Counted from the first letter of the stretch, positions 47,968 to 57,890 are shown. The stretch: DNA of 64,000 nucleotides from Candidatus Latescibacterota bacterium (GCA_965116875.1 OZ220733.1:1216001-1280000); one strand, 5' to 3'. A program made the numbers and translations. Notes: generated by a model from the sequence alone, not told the origin.

Positions 47968-49398
47968 TTACTTCGACGTGGCGCCACCCTCCCCCTTCTT
48001 TGCCGGCTTGCCGGCAGCTACGTCCTGCTTCTCCTGATTGGCGGCGGCCGTCGCTTTCTTGCCCTTCCTGGGGCCGACCTTCGTTTTCTTCACGGATTTG
48101 ACGCCGGGCGTTGCCTGCGTCGTCGACCTGGCATCCTCCTCTGGGAGTACCTCCACCATCGGCTTTTCCTGCTCCTGCCGGCTGAACCGTTTGCCGCGCA
48201 CAACGTGGCTGTGGGAGAATATCGAAGGTGTGTCGAAGATGAGCGACCGGGGGTTGGCCACGTCCAGGTGATCGCGTTCCGCGCGCACTCTGTGGAATTG
48301 GCCGTCGAACGTGAGTCTGTCCTCATCGACGTTTTCAATCCTATGTATATCGGGCATTTGCGTTGAAGATAACGCCATCCTGCCGTCCGCACGGCCGGTC
48401 CCGGAAGGTTGCTTCCCCAGGGCCAGATCGGCCGGCGTGAAACCCTCGCCCGCGCCGTCAATCATGTTAATGTCGATGGACGACTGATTGGCCGGGTTGA
48501 CCGCCGCCAGGCTCGCCTCGGAGAAGATCTTCCGCATTCGGTCCCAATAGCGCGTGATACGTACGTGCGAAGGCATTTTCCTGTATTCGCCCAGCAGTGC
48601 GGTGAACGCCCCCGCGCTGCTCTTCGCCTGCACGACCCGTTCAGACGCCCTGGCCTTTGCTTCCAATACCAGCGCCTCCGCCTGTCCACGGCTGCGCGCG
48701 ATCAGCTGCTCCTTCTGTCGATTTGCGTCGCTTACCGCCTTCGCGCGCTCCGCGAACGCATCGCTGACGTCCCGGAACGCGGCGATGGTTTCTTCGATGG
48801 GTCGCACGTCGACGATGTCGAGCGATATGAGCTCTATCCCGATGTCGCGGTTCTCAAGCCATGCGGTAATCCTGTCGAACAGCCTGCTCTGGATTATGTT
48901 TCGATTGGAGGTGAGAATCAGATCGATGAAGTTCTCACCCAGGACGTCGATAAGCTCTTCCCTGGTGTAAACGGTCAGCATCGCGATGGGATCGCTGGAG
49001 ACAAACAGGAAATTTCCGAGATTATCGATCCGGTACTGAAGCGCGACGTCCACCTCAAGCAGATTCACGTCCCCGGACAATAGGGTAAAATTAACTTTGC
49101 TGCCTTCCCTGCTGGATACCTGGTATCGAATAACCCGCTTGACCTTGCGGATGTGTACCTTGTCGATGATCGGAATGCAATAGCGAATTCCCGGGCGGAC
49201 GTTGGCTTTCACGACTCTGCCGAACCGCAGGACGACGCCGAGTTCTTCCTTCTTCACAATGTACAGTCCGCTGGCCAGAATGCAGACGACAACCGCGGCA
49301 GCGGTCCAGACGATGATTCGCCGCCGGTGTTTCGAGCAATAATCGAATATGGTGTAGATGATCCGCGTACTCCGCGGCAATGACGACTGTTCGCTCAT
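47968..49398 (-). CDS. SPFH protein, HflK-like, with long charged C-terminal tail
   Basis: TM helix then GVVLRFGR...PG, LLSGDVNLLEVDVALQYRI, AFRDVSDA, ARSRGQA. Confidence 0.85.
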   Translation of the reverse strand: MSEQSSLPRSTRIIYTIFDYCSKHRRRIIVWTAAAVVVCILASGLYIVKKEELGVVLRFGRVVKANVRPGIRYCIPIIDKVHIRKVKRVIRYQVSSREGSKVNFTLLSGDVNLLEVDVALQYRIDNLGNFLFVSSDPIAMLTVYTREELIDVLGENFIDLILTSNRNIIQSRLFDRITAWLENRDIGIELISLDIVDVRPIEETIAAFRDVSDAFAERAKAVSDANRQKEQLIARSRGQAEALVLEAKARASERVVQAKSSAGAFTALLGEYRKMPSHVRITRYWDRMRKIFSEASLAAVNPANQSSIDINMIDGAGEGFTPADLALGKQPSGTGRADGRMALSSTQMPDIHRIENVDEDRLTFDGQFHRVRAERDHLDVANPRSLIFDTPSIFSHSHVVRGKRFSRQEQEKPMVEVLPEEDARSTTQATPGVKSVKKTKVGPRKGKKATAAANQEKQDVAAGKPAKKGEGGATSK

Positions 49399-49416
49399 TT
49401 CGACCGGTCTCTGGAT

Positions 49417-50307
49417 TTATCGTGGAGTGGTTCTGCTGTTGAGGTACTTGAACAACTCATTGTCGGCCGGCAGCATCAACGTGGTGTTCCGGTCGATAAT
49501 CAGGTCATAGCTGTCCAGGGCGCGGATGAAGCTGTAGAATCCCGGGTCCTGCCGGTATGCCTTGCCCAGCACCGCCATCGCCTCCGCCTCGGCCTTGCCG
49601 AGGATGGCGGTGGCCTCCGCATGCGCGTCGGCCAGCAGCTTTTCGTGTTCGTTAATGGCCAGGGCCTCGATTCGAAGGGCCATTTCCTCTCCCTCGCTGC
49701 GGTATCGGGCGGCAATGCGGGCGCGTTCCGCGATCATGCGCTGAATGACGCTGGGACGGTTCTCACTCGGCAGGGTGTATTCGACGATTCCCGCCTCGAT
49801 GACCTCGATGCCGTAGCTTTCTCTGGCAATTGGCGCGATTCTGGCGTGTATTTCACGCGAAGCCTCGTTCAGGTCTTCGTGTTCCAGGCCCAGCCCGATA
49901 AAGGCGTCCAGGGCCTTGTTGCTGATGATGATCCCGCTGCTGGACAGATAGAGGTCCTGCAAGCGCTCAACGGCGTTCTTCCCGGTGCGTATCGCCTCGA
50001 CGAACAGAATGGGGTCCACCGTCCGCCACAGCAGGTACCCGTCGACGCGCACGCTTTTCTGATCGTCGGTAATCAACTCGTGAGGCATGTCGGTCAGCGT
50101 ATGAATACGCCGGTCCACCTTGTAAATCCTGGAGATGGGACGGGGCCACTTCAGATGCAATCCCGGTTGTCTGACCGGCGGCGAAATCCTGCCGAAGTGC
50201 GTCAGTACGCCCTGCTGGGTCTCGTGGATAATGTAGATGCTGTCGTAGACGATTGCGCCGGCAAGCACGGCGATGGCCGCCGTAATCGTGGCTTTCTTGA
50301 GCGTCAT
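49417..50307 (-). CDS. SPFH protein, HflC-like
   Basis: PGLHLKWP, LITDDQK, WRTVDP, RMIAERARIAARYRSEGEE, AYRQDPGFYSFIRALDSY. Confidence 0.9.
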   Translation of the reverse strand: MTLKKATITAAIAVLAGAIVYDSIYIIHETQQGVLTHFGRISPPVRQPGLHLKWPRPISRIYKVDRRIHTLTDMPHELITDDQKSVRVDGYLLWRTVDPILFVEAIRTGKNAVERLQDLYLSSSGIIISNKALDAFIGLGLEHEDLNEASREIHARIAPIARESYGIEVIEAGIVEYTLPSENRPSVIQRMIAERARIAARYRSEGEEMALRIEALAINEHEKLLADAHAEATAILGKAEAEAMAVLGKAYRQDPGFYSFIRALDSYDLIIDRNTTLMLPADNELFKYLNSRTTPR

Positions 50308-50448
50308 TGCCTTTCCCCGTAAGTGAGGGCGTGCAGGTTGCGCGTGTGAGATCGACCCGCCGACCCGGTGCGGTTCTGGTTTACCGGTCGCCAACCGAAT
50401 GGCGTGGAATCCGGGGCTCCATCCCGTAGTTGGATTGCATACATGAAA

Positions 50449-52770
50449 TTACCGCGTTCGCTTTTTGGCGGCCTTTTTTCCGTGGCCGGACGGCGGGCCG
50501 TGGTTGGCTCCGGAGGTCTTCTTCTTCCACAGGGCGACCTTTTCGAGGCTCTTCTTGTTGGGAACGATGATCTTGGGGTTTCCGGCCAACGCCGTTTCCA
50601 GCTTCTCCCGCCAGAGCATGTTCCGCAGGACGCCCGGCGCGGTTCTGACGGCCCTGGAGACCGTGGATATGGCATCCGCCTCAGCGGCAGCTGTCTTGAC
50701 TTTCCGATAGGCTTCGCCGTCGGCCTGCTGTACCTCCCACGCCGCGTTTCCATGCGCCTGGGGCACCAGCGATACAAGGAAGCGCTGCGCATTGACAATA
50801 ATCCGCTCCCGGTCTTCCTGAGCGCTGGAAACGTCCCTGAAAGCGCTCATGGTCTCCGCCACCGGACTCACGTCCAGCAGATTGACCTTGACGATTTCAA
50901 CGGTTTTCAGTACCGAATTCGCAAAGTGCACGTCCACGTCGAAGGAACGGGTGAGATGATCTTCGAGCGTTGCGCGGTGCACGTTCAGCATTCTTTCGAG
51001 GTCCCGGGCGGAGATAAACGAACGCACGTGGGCTTTGACGACGTCGGCGATGACTTTCTGCGGGTCTTCCGTCCGATAATGATAGACGTAGGGATCCTTG
51101 ACCCTGTATTGCACGTTGACGGTAAGAGAGATCAGGTTGAGGTCGCCGGACACGTATTCTTCAGGCGTCTCACAAAGGATGGACTTCACTTCCCGCACAG
51201 GCCATTTGTCGACTTTGACGAACGGCCATGGGGCGAGATAGCTCAGCCCCGGCTGGACGTCGCGCCAGTAGACCTCGCCGAGAAGCCGGCCGTAACCCAC
51301 AGAATTGGGAGGTATGATTGTGAATCCGCTGGCCAGGAACAGGACGAGAAGGAATCCCCAGATCAACTTGCCCAACGGCGTGGCGGGAGAGATGATTCCC
51401 CTGAAGCTTCGCCTGCGGGTGAGGCGCTCCCAGGCCTGACCCCACGATTTCGCCAGAGGCCGTACGTTGAGCAGCAGGTCCTCCCAGCCGCTGCGGAGCG
51501 CGCCGGCCCGAAAACGCCAGACGATGAGAGCGACGAGAACCAGCGCCGAGCCCCACTGCAAAAATTGTATCGTCGGCGATTCGGAGGGGCCGAGGTATAG
51601 CGGGATCGTCAGGCCGGTGGCCAGAAGCAGCGCGTCGATCACGATACCGAGTGCAACTGTGACCGCGATCACCGCCGCTACGTATATGGTAGCGAAACGT
51701 GCCCCGAACTGGCTGACGATAATCGCGATCGTACCGGTATTGGTGGCGGGCCCGGTCATCAGAAAGATCAGCGCCGCACCGGGGCTGAATCCCTTTGCGA
51801 CGAGGGCCGCGGCGATCGGCGTGCTTGCCGATGCGCAGATATAGAGAGGAACGCCGACCAGCACCATGACGGGATAGGAGACCCAGCGCGCATACTCGTT
51901 TGTCATCAGGTCGCCCGGTATGACCAGAAAGAGCACTCCGCCCAGGGCCACGCCAACCAGCAGCGCAAAGAGGATGTCGTCCGCAATCTCCACGAAACCG
52001 TAGTGGAAGACGTGCTTCACCAGCTTCTTGAAGTCGAGTGCGTGATCCTCCGTGGACGTGTCTCCCGTGGAAGCCTTTCCGGCCTCCTCAGCCTCCAGCG
52101 CGTCACGGTAGAAGGTCGGTTTCACCCAGGAAAGGGACTTCCAGCGGCCGGCCACCGTGACGACGCCCTTCAGCCACTGTACGAAAAGGCCCTTCAATCT
52201 AGAAAAGCTTACGTAGCAGTCGTCGGTCTCGGGAATGAGGGGCTCGTGCGAACCGTGATCGTGGTCATGATCGTGCCCGTGGTCATGGTCATGATCGTGA
52301 TCATGGTCGTGTTCTTCGTGGCTATGGTCCGATCCGGCTACGCCATGGTCGTTACGTATAAGGCCGATGCAAAAGATGCCGGCGACGACGGCCGTGATGA
52401 AGCTGATCACCGGACGCACGACCGCGGCGACAAATCCGAAGAAGGCGTTCGTGACAAGAATCGAGTCCGCCCCCGTCTCCGGCGCGGTTATCAGGAACGA
52501 CATGCAGGACGAACGGGATGCGCCTTTCCTGCGCATCTCGGCAACCACGGGTACAACGGAACAACTGCACAACGGCACGGGGACGCCCACGGCCGAACTC
52601 ACGGCAACGGATTTCAGGCTGTCGTCCTTGAGCCACCTGAGGATGGCCTCACGGGAGATAAACACATGGATCAGGCCCGAGAGGAACAACCCCAGCAACA
52701 GCATGGGCGCCAGGAGCAAACCGGACATCCAGAGAAAGTCGAAGAAACTGACCAGCGTCTGCTGTACCAC
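50449..52770 (-). CDS. DUF318/SO_0444-type metal permease with His-rich loop fused to a C-terminal HflK-like SPFH domain
   Basis: SD GGAGG + GTG; GVPVPLCSCSVVP and GVPLYICASASTP; (HD)n loop; then SGDLNLISLTVNVQYRVKDP, AFRDVSSAQEDRER, PQAHGNA in one unbroken frame. Confidence 0.88.
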   Translation of the reverse strand: MVQQTLVSFFDFLWMSGLLLAPMLLLGLFLSGLIHVFISREAILRWLKDDSLKSVAVSSAVGVPVPLCSCSVVPVVAEMRRKGASRSSCMSFLITAPETGADSILVTNAFFGFVAAVVRPVISFITAVVAGIFCIGLIRNDHGVAGSDHSHEEHDHDHDHDHDHGHDHDHDHGSHEPLIPETDDCYVSFSRLKGLFVQWLKGVVTVAGRWKSLSWVKPTFYRDALEAEEAGKASTGDTSTEDHALDFKKLVKHVFHYGFVEIADDILFALLVGVALGGVLFLVIPGDLMTNEYARWVSYPVMVLVGVPLYICASASTPIAAALVAKGFSPGAALIFLMTGPATNTGTIAIIVSQFGARFATIYVAAVIAVTVALGIVIDALLLATGLTIPLYLGPSESPTIQFLQWGSALVLVALIVWRFRAGALRSGWEDLLLNVRPLAKSWGQAWERLTRRRSFRGIISPATPLGKLIWGFLLVLFLASGFTIIPPNSVGYGRLLGEVYWRDVQPGLSYLAPWPFVKVDKWPVREVKSILCETPEEYVSGDLNLISLTVNVQYRVKDPYVYHYRTEDPQKVIADVVKAHVRSFISARDLERMLNVHRATLEDHLTRSFDVDVHFANSVLKTVEIVKVNLLDVSPVAETMSAFRDVSSAQEDRERIIVNAQRFLVSLVPQAHGNAAWEVQQADGEAYRKVKTAAAEADAISTVSRAVRTAPGVLRNMLWREKLETALAGNPKIIVPNKKSLEKVALWKKKTSGANHGPPSGHGKKAAKKRTR
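52255..52326 (-). repeat. His-Asp tandem coding repeat in the permease
   Basis: Encodes HSHEEHDHDHDHDHDHGHDHDHDH using mixed CAC/CAT and GAC/GAT codons. Confidence 0.85.
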
Positions 52771-52913
52771 GCAATTGCCTCCAGTGCATTGACTGATGCA
52801 AAGGGCAGTCTGGTAGGCGATTCAGAAACCGGGAACGAACGGCGTCGCACACAGTGTTGTATCGACCGTCATGCTTGCCGACAGAAACGGACGCACCGAT
52901 TTCCGGAGCGGCA

Positions 52914-52964
52914 ATAATAACGGTACGTATATTTCAAGTCAAGGACTTTATATTAAATAATATA
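52914..52964 (-). promoter_or_regulatory. sigma70 promoter of the permease-SPFH operon with an upstream AT-rich dyad
   Basis: Minus strand TTGACT(52942)-N17-TATTAT(52919); dyad TATATTA-AA-TAATATA at 52949-52964. Confidence 0.65.
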
Positions 52965-53139
52965 GTGGATTCTATGTCCGCTGCAAGAGGACGAATTCAA
53001 ACTGGAAGTGTTTTCTTTCGGCCGTTCCGACAGGACAGCGGCGGCAGGCCGATTTCGGATTCGAAACACGTCCCGGGCGGGCGGTCGCGGCGTTGCAGGG
53101 CGCAGAGGCCCGACGTCGGCTCGGCATTCGTCTCCGGGC

Positions 53140-53922
53140 TCAGGAAGGCCCGCGGTCGCGATCGGTACGGCCGGTACTTATGACATAACGCGGGCGGTTG
53201 TGTACGGGACGAAACCCGATTCTCCTGTAGACCCGTTCGGCGGCGCTGCCGGCCGCCACTTCAAGCCCGGTCCATCGATTGCCCATCGAATGTGAGTCCA
53301 CGACCGCACGGGAGGTCACCGCCGACGCCACGCCCCTGCGGCGGTATTGAGGCAGCGTGCCGATGAAGTCGACACAACCCAGACCGTATCTGGAATAAAT
53401 CAACGCGGTTCCCGCGGGCTCGCCATCCACGGTTGCGAGGTAGAGCCGTATTTCGGGAATGCTCAGAACCTCCTTGCCGAGGGCGCCCACGCTGTCCGGA
53501 AAACCGAAGCTGCGACACATGGTGGTCGCCCAGACTCCGTACCGGCCCGGATCGAGTTCTTCGACCTCGATGGATTCGGAGACAAAGGGCCGGACGTACC
53601 CGTCGCAACGCATCGCCACGGCCTGCAGCTCAAACGTGAATCCCCTGCTTTTCAGCCGTTCAGCCAGATCGGCGGGGCGGTCCAGCGGCGACAGGGTAAA
53701 CGCACAGTCGAAGTCCCGATCCCGGAAGTGGGCGAGGGCGCTGTCGATCAAGGTGTCCACCATCGTGTCGGGCACGTCGATCTGTACGACACGGTGCAGC
53801 ATGGGTACTTTAACGTCCTCGCGGCTGAACGCCGTGGCCCCGCCCAGATCGTGACTGTCGCACCAGCGTGCCCTGAAGCCGATCCAGAGTTTTTCGAAAG
53901 TTGTCGTGAATGAGTCGGACAT
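53140..53922 (-). CDS. GNAT family N-acetyltransferase
   Basis: YLATVDGEPAG, IGTLPQYRRRGVA (acetyl-CoA motif A), VYRRIGF. Confidence 0.88.
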   Translation of the reverse strand: MSDSFTTTFEKLWIGFRARWCDSHDLGGATAFSREDVKVPMLHRVVQIDVPDTMVDTLIDSALAHFRDRDFDCAFTLSPLDRPADLAERLKSRGFTFELQAVAMRCDGYVRPFVSESIEVEELDPGRYGVWATTMCRSFGFPDSVGALGKEVLSIPEIRLYLATVDGEPAGTALIYSRYGLGCVDFIGTLPQYRRRGVASAVTSRAVVDSHSMGNRWTGLEVAAGSAAERVYRRIGFRPVHNRPRYVISTGRTDRDRGPS

Positions 53923-54139
53923 GGAACTGGAAGTCCTCCGGGATTCTGTTGCGACTGTTGCATCCGTTGCGAAAATCCACCGGATTCGTATATTGTTTCG
54001 CCTCAGAAAACAGGTCTATCGTCGGGGAATTGCAACTTATCCCCCTGTGTTCCGTATAATGATCGTATCTGACGACCGCCCCACCGCGCGGACTGTTTCA
54101 CCAGAGCCTTTTTCAGGTGCGGAATTCGAGGTTTGCACA

Positions 54140-55108
54140 ATGAGGTTTATCGTTACCGGCAGCAACGGCTTTATCGGCCAGAGTACATGCCGTCGTCTCA
54201 CGGAACTCGGACATGACGTTATCGGTGTTGACGATCTGTCTTCCGGAAGCCCTCCCAACGGGGTGCACGGCGTTCAATATCACGTCCACAGCGTCGTGGA
54301 CGCGGACTGGTTCGCGCGACTCCTCAAGAACACGATTCCGGATGCGGTCCTTCATCTGGCGGCAAAGCCGCGGGTTCCGTATTCGGTGCAGAATCCATTT
54401 CGCAGCGCGGAAGCGAATGTAATGGGAACAATGTCCGTGCTCAACGCGATTCTCAAGTCCGGGTTTGTGGAGAGAACGCGCATGGTCTTCGCCAGCAGCA
54501 GCGCGGTATGCGGCGAGGCTTCGGTCCTTCCCACACCGGAAGCCTGCCCCTCGAACCCGCAATCGCCCTACGCGTTGGCGAAGCTGCACGGCGAACATTG
54601 GTGCGGTATGTTTCATCGACTCTACGGGCTGGATGCGGTAAGCCTTCGATATTTCAACGTGTTCGGACCCGGCGCGCTTTTTGGCGGTGCGTATTCCACT
54701 GTATTGTCGGCCTGGCCCTATGCTCTGTACGTGGATCCTTCGTACCAGCCGTTCCTGGAGGGCGACGGCACGCAGACTCGGGATTTCTGCTATATAGATA
54801 ACGTTGTCAACGCGAATATCGCTGCTGCGACTCGCGGGCGCGGGTTTAAAGCGGATGTGCTCAACGTGGGCCAGGGTGAAGCCCACTCCATGCTTGAGGT
54901 TAAAGGCGTCCTCGAACAGGTTGCGGGCAGAGAACTCCGGCTCGAACGCCGGCCGCCACGCGTGGGCGACGTCGCACATACCCTGGCCGACATCTCCCGG
55001 GCCCGGGAGGAACTCGGGTTCGTGCCGTCGACCGACTTCCATGCGCAGGTCGAACGAACGGCGTTATGGCACCGCGACTGTTATCCGAAACTGACGTCTG
55101 AGCGCTGA
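54140..55108 (+). CDS. NAD-dependent epimerase/dehydratase (extended SDR)
   Basis: VTGSNGFIG, HLAA, ASSSA, YALAK, LRYFNVFGP, GDGTQTRDF. Confidence 0.92.
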   Translation: MRFIVTGSNGFIGQSTCRRLTELGHDVIGVDDLSSGSPPNGVHGVQYHVHSVVDADWFARLLKNTIPDAVLHLAAKPRVPYSVQNPFRSAEANVMGTMSVLNAILKSGFVERTRMVFASSSAVCGEASVLPTPEACPSNPQSPYALAKLHGEHWCGMFHRLYGLDAVSLRYFNVFGPGALFGGAYSTVLSAWPYALYVDPSYQPFLEGDGTQTRDFCYIDNVVNANIAAATRGRGFKADVLNVGQGEAHSMLEVKGVLEQVAGRELRLERRPPRVGDVAHTLADISRAREELGFVPSTDFHAQVERTALWHRDCYPKLTSER

Positions 55109-55372
55109 CGTGCGAAAATGCGAAACTGAGAGGACCACAAGGAGCGCATCCGTCTGTTGTGCTCCTTCGCCCTCTCCATTATTCGCGAATTCTCAAATGG
55201 TAATTGTCCCGTTAATCTCGGCACAGAGGGTGTTGTTGCGCAAATGGTTTTGTGCGTCCAATAAAGTCCTCATTTTTCGCAGCTCCGAGTTCACCGCGAG
55301 GATTTCACGGGTTGCAGGTAGACGGTTCTTTCGCCCGGGAAGCGAAACCGCAAAGCAAGGAGGAGGTTCAAC

Positions 55373-56743
55373 TTGAAGCTGTGGATGGATGTCATGCGCG
55401 ATCTGGAAAGCGTGATGAATGATCACGAGCGCATACTCGACGCCTGGGCTGAGGGCGGCGTGGACGGCGTCGTGTTCGGTCCGCTCGTTTTCGGCACGGC
55501 AAGGCTCTCGAAACACGCTTTGCCGGCTCCCACTGGCGACATTGTGGCGGAGGCCTACGATCCGAATCCGGCTGTGTACGCGCGACTCGGGGTCGAACCG
55601 CCGTCGCCGCCGGAACAGAAGCTGCCCGAGAAAAGGGCCCTGCTGGAGAGGACGATGAACGCCGCCAGGGACCGCGGCATGCAGGTGTATTGCATGTATG
55701 CCGATGGTGGCGCGGGTCCAGGGGGAAAGGGCCACCAGCTGCACGACGACAGGACGCTGGCATCCCGGGTGGCGCGCATGGTCGATACGCTCGAACACTT
55801 TCCGATGGCGGACGGCGCCGTGATGGACGGGCCGGAGTGGGGGTACGAAATCGCGCCCCATCACATGGCCCACCGCTCCTGCTTCTTTCGCGACCTGCCG
55901 GAATCTGTGGCACCGATGGCCGCGGATCTGGGGTACGACTACGAGGCCATGGTGGCCGCGAAAGACAGGCTGTTGGACCTGTTTCACAATCTCGACCCGA
56001 TGCGCATCCGCGGACACGCCCGGGGCGGACTGGTCGGCGCCCACCGCATGCTGGGTGCCGATTCCGACCTGATGGCCTGGCTGTCGTTCCGCACAGACTC
56101 GTTGACGCGCTATTTTCGCCGCATCCGGGAAGGCGTCGCCGCCGAGCTGGAGCGCCCGGTGCGCCTGGGATGCGGCCCGCGCTCGGCGGCCTTCGCGCCC
56201 TTGTGCGGATACGACTTCGTCGATCTGGCCCGGTTCATGGATTTCCTGCTGCCAAAGCATTACTTCTTTCACCGCGGCTTCGACGGCTTCATCGGCACGG
56301 TCTATCGCTACTCACAGACGCTTTTGGAGTGGAATACGGGGATCAGCGTAGCCGACACCCTCGATGTCGTGCAGGCCCTCTTCGGGATTGTCCTTCCGGG
56401 TGTCGGCGACGATCTACTCGATTTTGAGAGCGCCCTCAATCCGGAGTTTTTCGAGCAGGTGGTCACGCAGGAGACCCGAAGGGCGCTGGCCTCGGTGGAC
56501 GACCCGGAGCGCATCGTGCCCTGGCTTGACACCGGCCGCTTGCCCCACGATGGCGACCCAATGTCGGCGCGCGACCTCAAGATGTTGCTGGACGCCGCGG
56601 AAGCTGCAGGGCTCAGGCGCTTCAACTACCACCACCAGGGCAACCTCAGTGCGGGTGAATGGGTGGTCATCAGCGACAAATGCGGAACCCGCTGGGACCC
56701 GCGCAAAAGCGACTACCAGCCGCCCGACGAGCTGGTGCTGTAG
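55373..56743 (+). CDS. Conserved hypothetical protein, probable TIM-barrel fold
   Basis: Strong SD AAGGAGGAGG + TTG; 456-aa ORF with alternating alpha/beta pattern; DGPEWGYE. Confidence 0.7.
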   Translation: MKLWMDVMRDLESVMNDHERILDAWAEGGVDGVVFGPLVFGTARLSKHALPAPTGDIVAEAYDPNPAVYARLGVEPPSPPEQKLPEKRALLERTMNAARDRGMQVYCMYADGGAGPGGKGHQLHDDRTLASRVARMVDTLEHFPMADGAVMDGPEWGYEIAPHHMAHRSCFFRDLPESVAPMAADLGYDYEAMVAAKDRLLDLFHNLDPMRIRGHARGGLVGAHRMLGADSDLMAWLSFRTDSLTRYFRRIREGVAAELERPVRLGCGPRSAAFAPLCGYDFVDLARFMDFLLPKHYFFHRGFDGFIGTVYRYSQTLLEWNTGISVADTLDVVQALFGIVLPGVGDDLLDFESALNPEFFEQVVTQETRRALASVDDPERIVPWLDTGRLPHDGDPMSARDLKMLLDAAEAAGLRRFNYHHQGNLSAGEWVVISDKCGTRWDPRKSDYQPPDELVL

Positions 56744-56999
56744 GACGGCACTACGCTTTTCCTGTACCGGTGGCGCGTTGGGGGCATTTCAGTTCGCCGA
56801 CGAGGCCTGCTTCGATCCCGCCGACGTCGCGCATGCGGGGCCCGGAGCGAGGGTCTCGTCCCCTGGATATCTGCTTGAATCAATGGCCTCTGGAGTGACT
56901 CACACCCTCCCAGTCACTTCCCGGCTCAGTTTCCCATGCCGGTTCCAGGCGCCGACTCCTTCTCCCGGTGATTCGCGCCATACCTGGCGCACAACAAGA

Positions 57000-57031
57000 A
57001 AAGGGATTATGTCAAAACGACATAAACCCTT
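57000..57031 (-). terminator. Rho-independent terminator after tRNA-Val
   Basis: Minus strand AAGGGTTTATGTC-GTTTT-GACATAATCCCTT followed by TTCTTGTT. Confidence 0.7.
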
Positions 57032-57040
57032 GTTTTTAAA

Positions 57041-57117
57041 TGGTGGGCGATACTGGATTCGAACCAGTGACCTCCTGCTTGTAAGGCAGGCGCTCTAACC
57101 AGCTGAGCTAACCGCCC
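57041..57117 (-). tRNA. tRNA-Val (TAC)
   Basis: GGGCGGTTAGCTCAGCTGGTTAGAGC...CTGCC-TTACAA-GCAG...GGTTCGAATCC...ATCGCCC-A-CCA; 77-nt cloverleaf with encoded CCA. Confidence 0.97.
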
Positions 57118-57419
57118 ACGGACTTGCTGGATGCGTCGTCGGTCGGTTTTTTCGATTCGCCCAGCAGCAGGCCGATGGGTATCAGCACGCAGTACCCGAT
57201 TACCAGCAGAACAGGCGCCAGCGTAAGCGACATGAAACCGTCGACCGGCGGTTGGGACAGGCACAGGTAACCGATCAGGATTGTGCCGAGGCCAGCGCCA
57301 AGGAAAGTCCAGTTCCTGCGGGAATAAGGCAGTGGACTGCGGGCCGGTTTCCTCCGTTGTGCCTGACTCCTGCGCCCCGCGCGGCCTCGGGGGCGTCTTC
57401 CTGCATTGCGTGTTGCCAT
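57108..57419 (-). CDS. DUF3098-like small two-TM membrane protein
   Basis: NWTFLGAGLGTILIGYLCL...SLTLAPVLLVIGYCVLIPIGLL; stop codon lies inside the tRNA gene. Confidence 0.78.
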   Translation of the reverse strand: MATRNAGRRPRGRAGRRSQAQRRKPARSPLPYSRRNWTFLGAGLGTILIGYLCLSQPPVDGFMSLTLAPVLLVIGYCVLIPIGLLLGESKKPTDDASSKSVGG

Positions 57420-57440
57420 TGTGTATACCCGTTTCCTCGA

Positions 57441-57794
57441 TTACGCGTCCCTTTTTTCCGCAATCCTCGCGGCTCTGCCCTGCAGCGTGCGCAGATAGGT
57501 AATGCGCGTCCTTCGAACCTTGCCGCTGCGAATCAGTTCGACCTTCGCCACCCGCGGTGAGTGGATCGGAAAAATCCGCTCGACACCCACGCCGCCCACA
57601 ACCATCTTCCGTACCGTGAAGGTCTCGTGGATCCCGTGGCCCCTGCGCTGGATGACCACGCCCTCAAACATCTGCGTTCGCACCTTCTCGCCTTCGACCA
57701 CACGTACGTGCACCCGCACCGTGGCTCCGGCGCCAAATGCCGGCAGGTCGGGTTTGATCTGTTCGTCCGTCAAAGACTTCAACAATGCATCCAT
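57441..57794 (-). CDS. rplS: 50S ribosomal protein L19
   Basis: [43 protein letters not shown]; SD AGGAG. Confidence 0.96.
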   Translation of the reverse strand: MDALLKSLTDEQIKPDLPAFGAGATVRVHVRVVEGEKVRTQMFEGVVIQRRGHGIHETFTVRKMVVGGVGVERIFPIHSPRVAKVELIRSGKVRRTRITYLRTLQGRAARIAEKRDA

Positions 57795-57890
57795 GGTAAC
57801 ACTCCTGAAACGATGAAAGTTCACCAGGGCACAAACCGTCGCCCTGATTCATCATCAATGCACGGAAAAATACCCTTCGACCGGTGGCCG

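Noticed and set aside
50304-50444. 46-aa ORF filling the gap between the fusion gene and hflC
   Set aside because: No SD or motif; an ATGA stop is automatic and this length is common by chance at high GC
55141-55170. AAGGAGCGCA/TGTGCTCCTT hairpin after the epimerase gene
   Set aside because: Ordinary intergenic hairpin without a U-tract; nothing more can be supported
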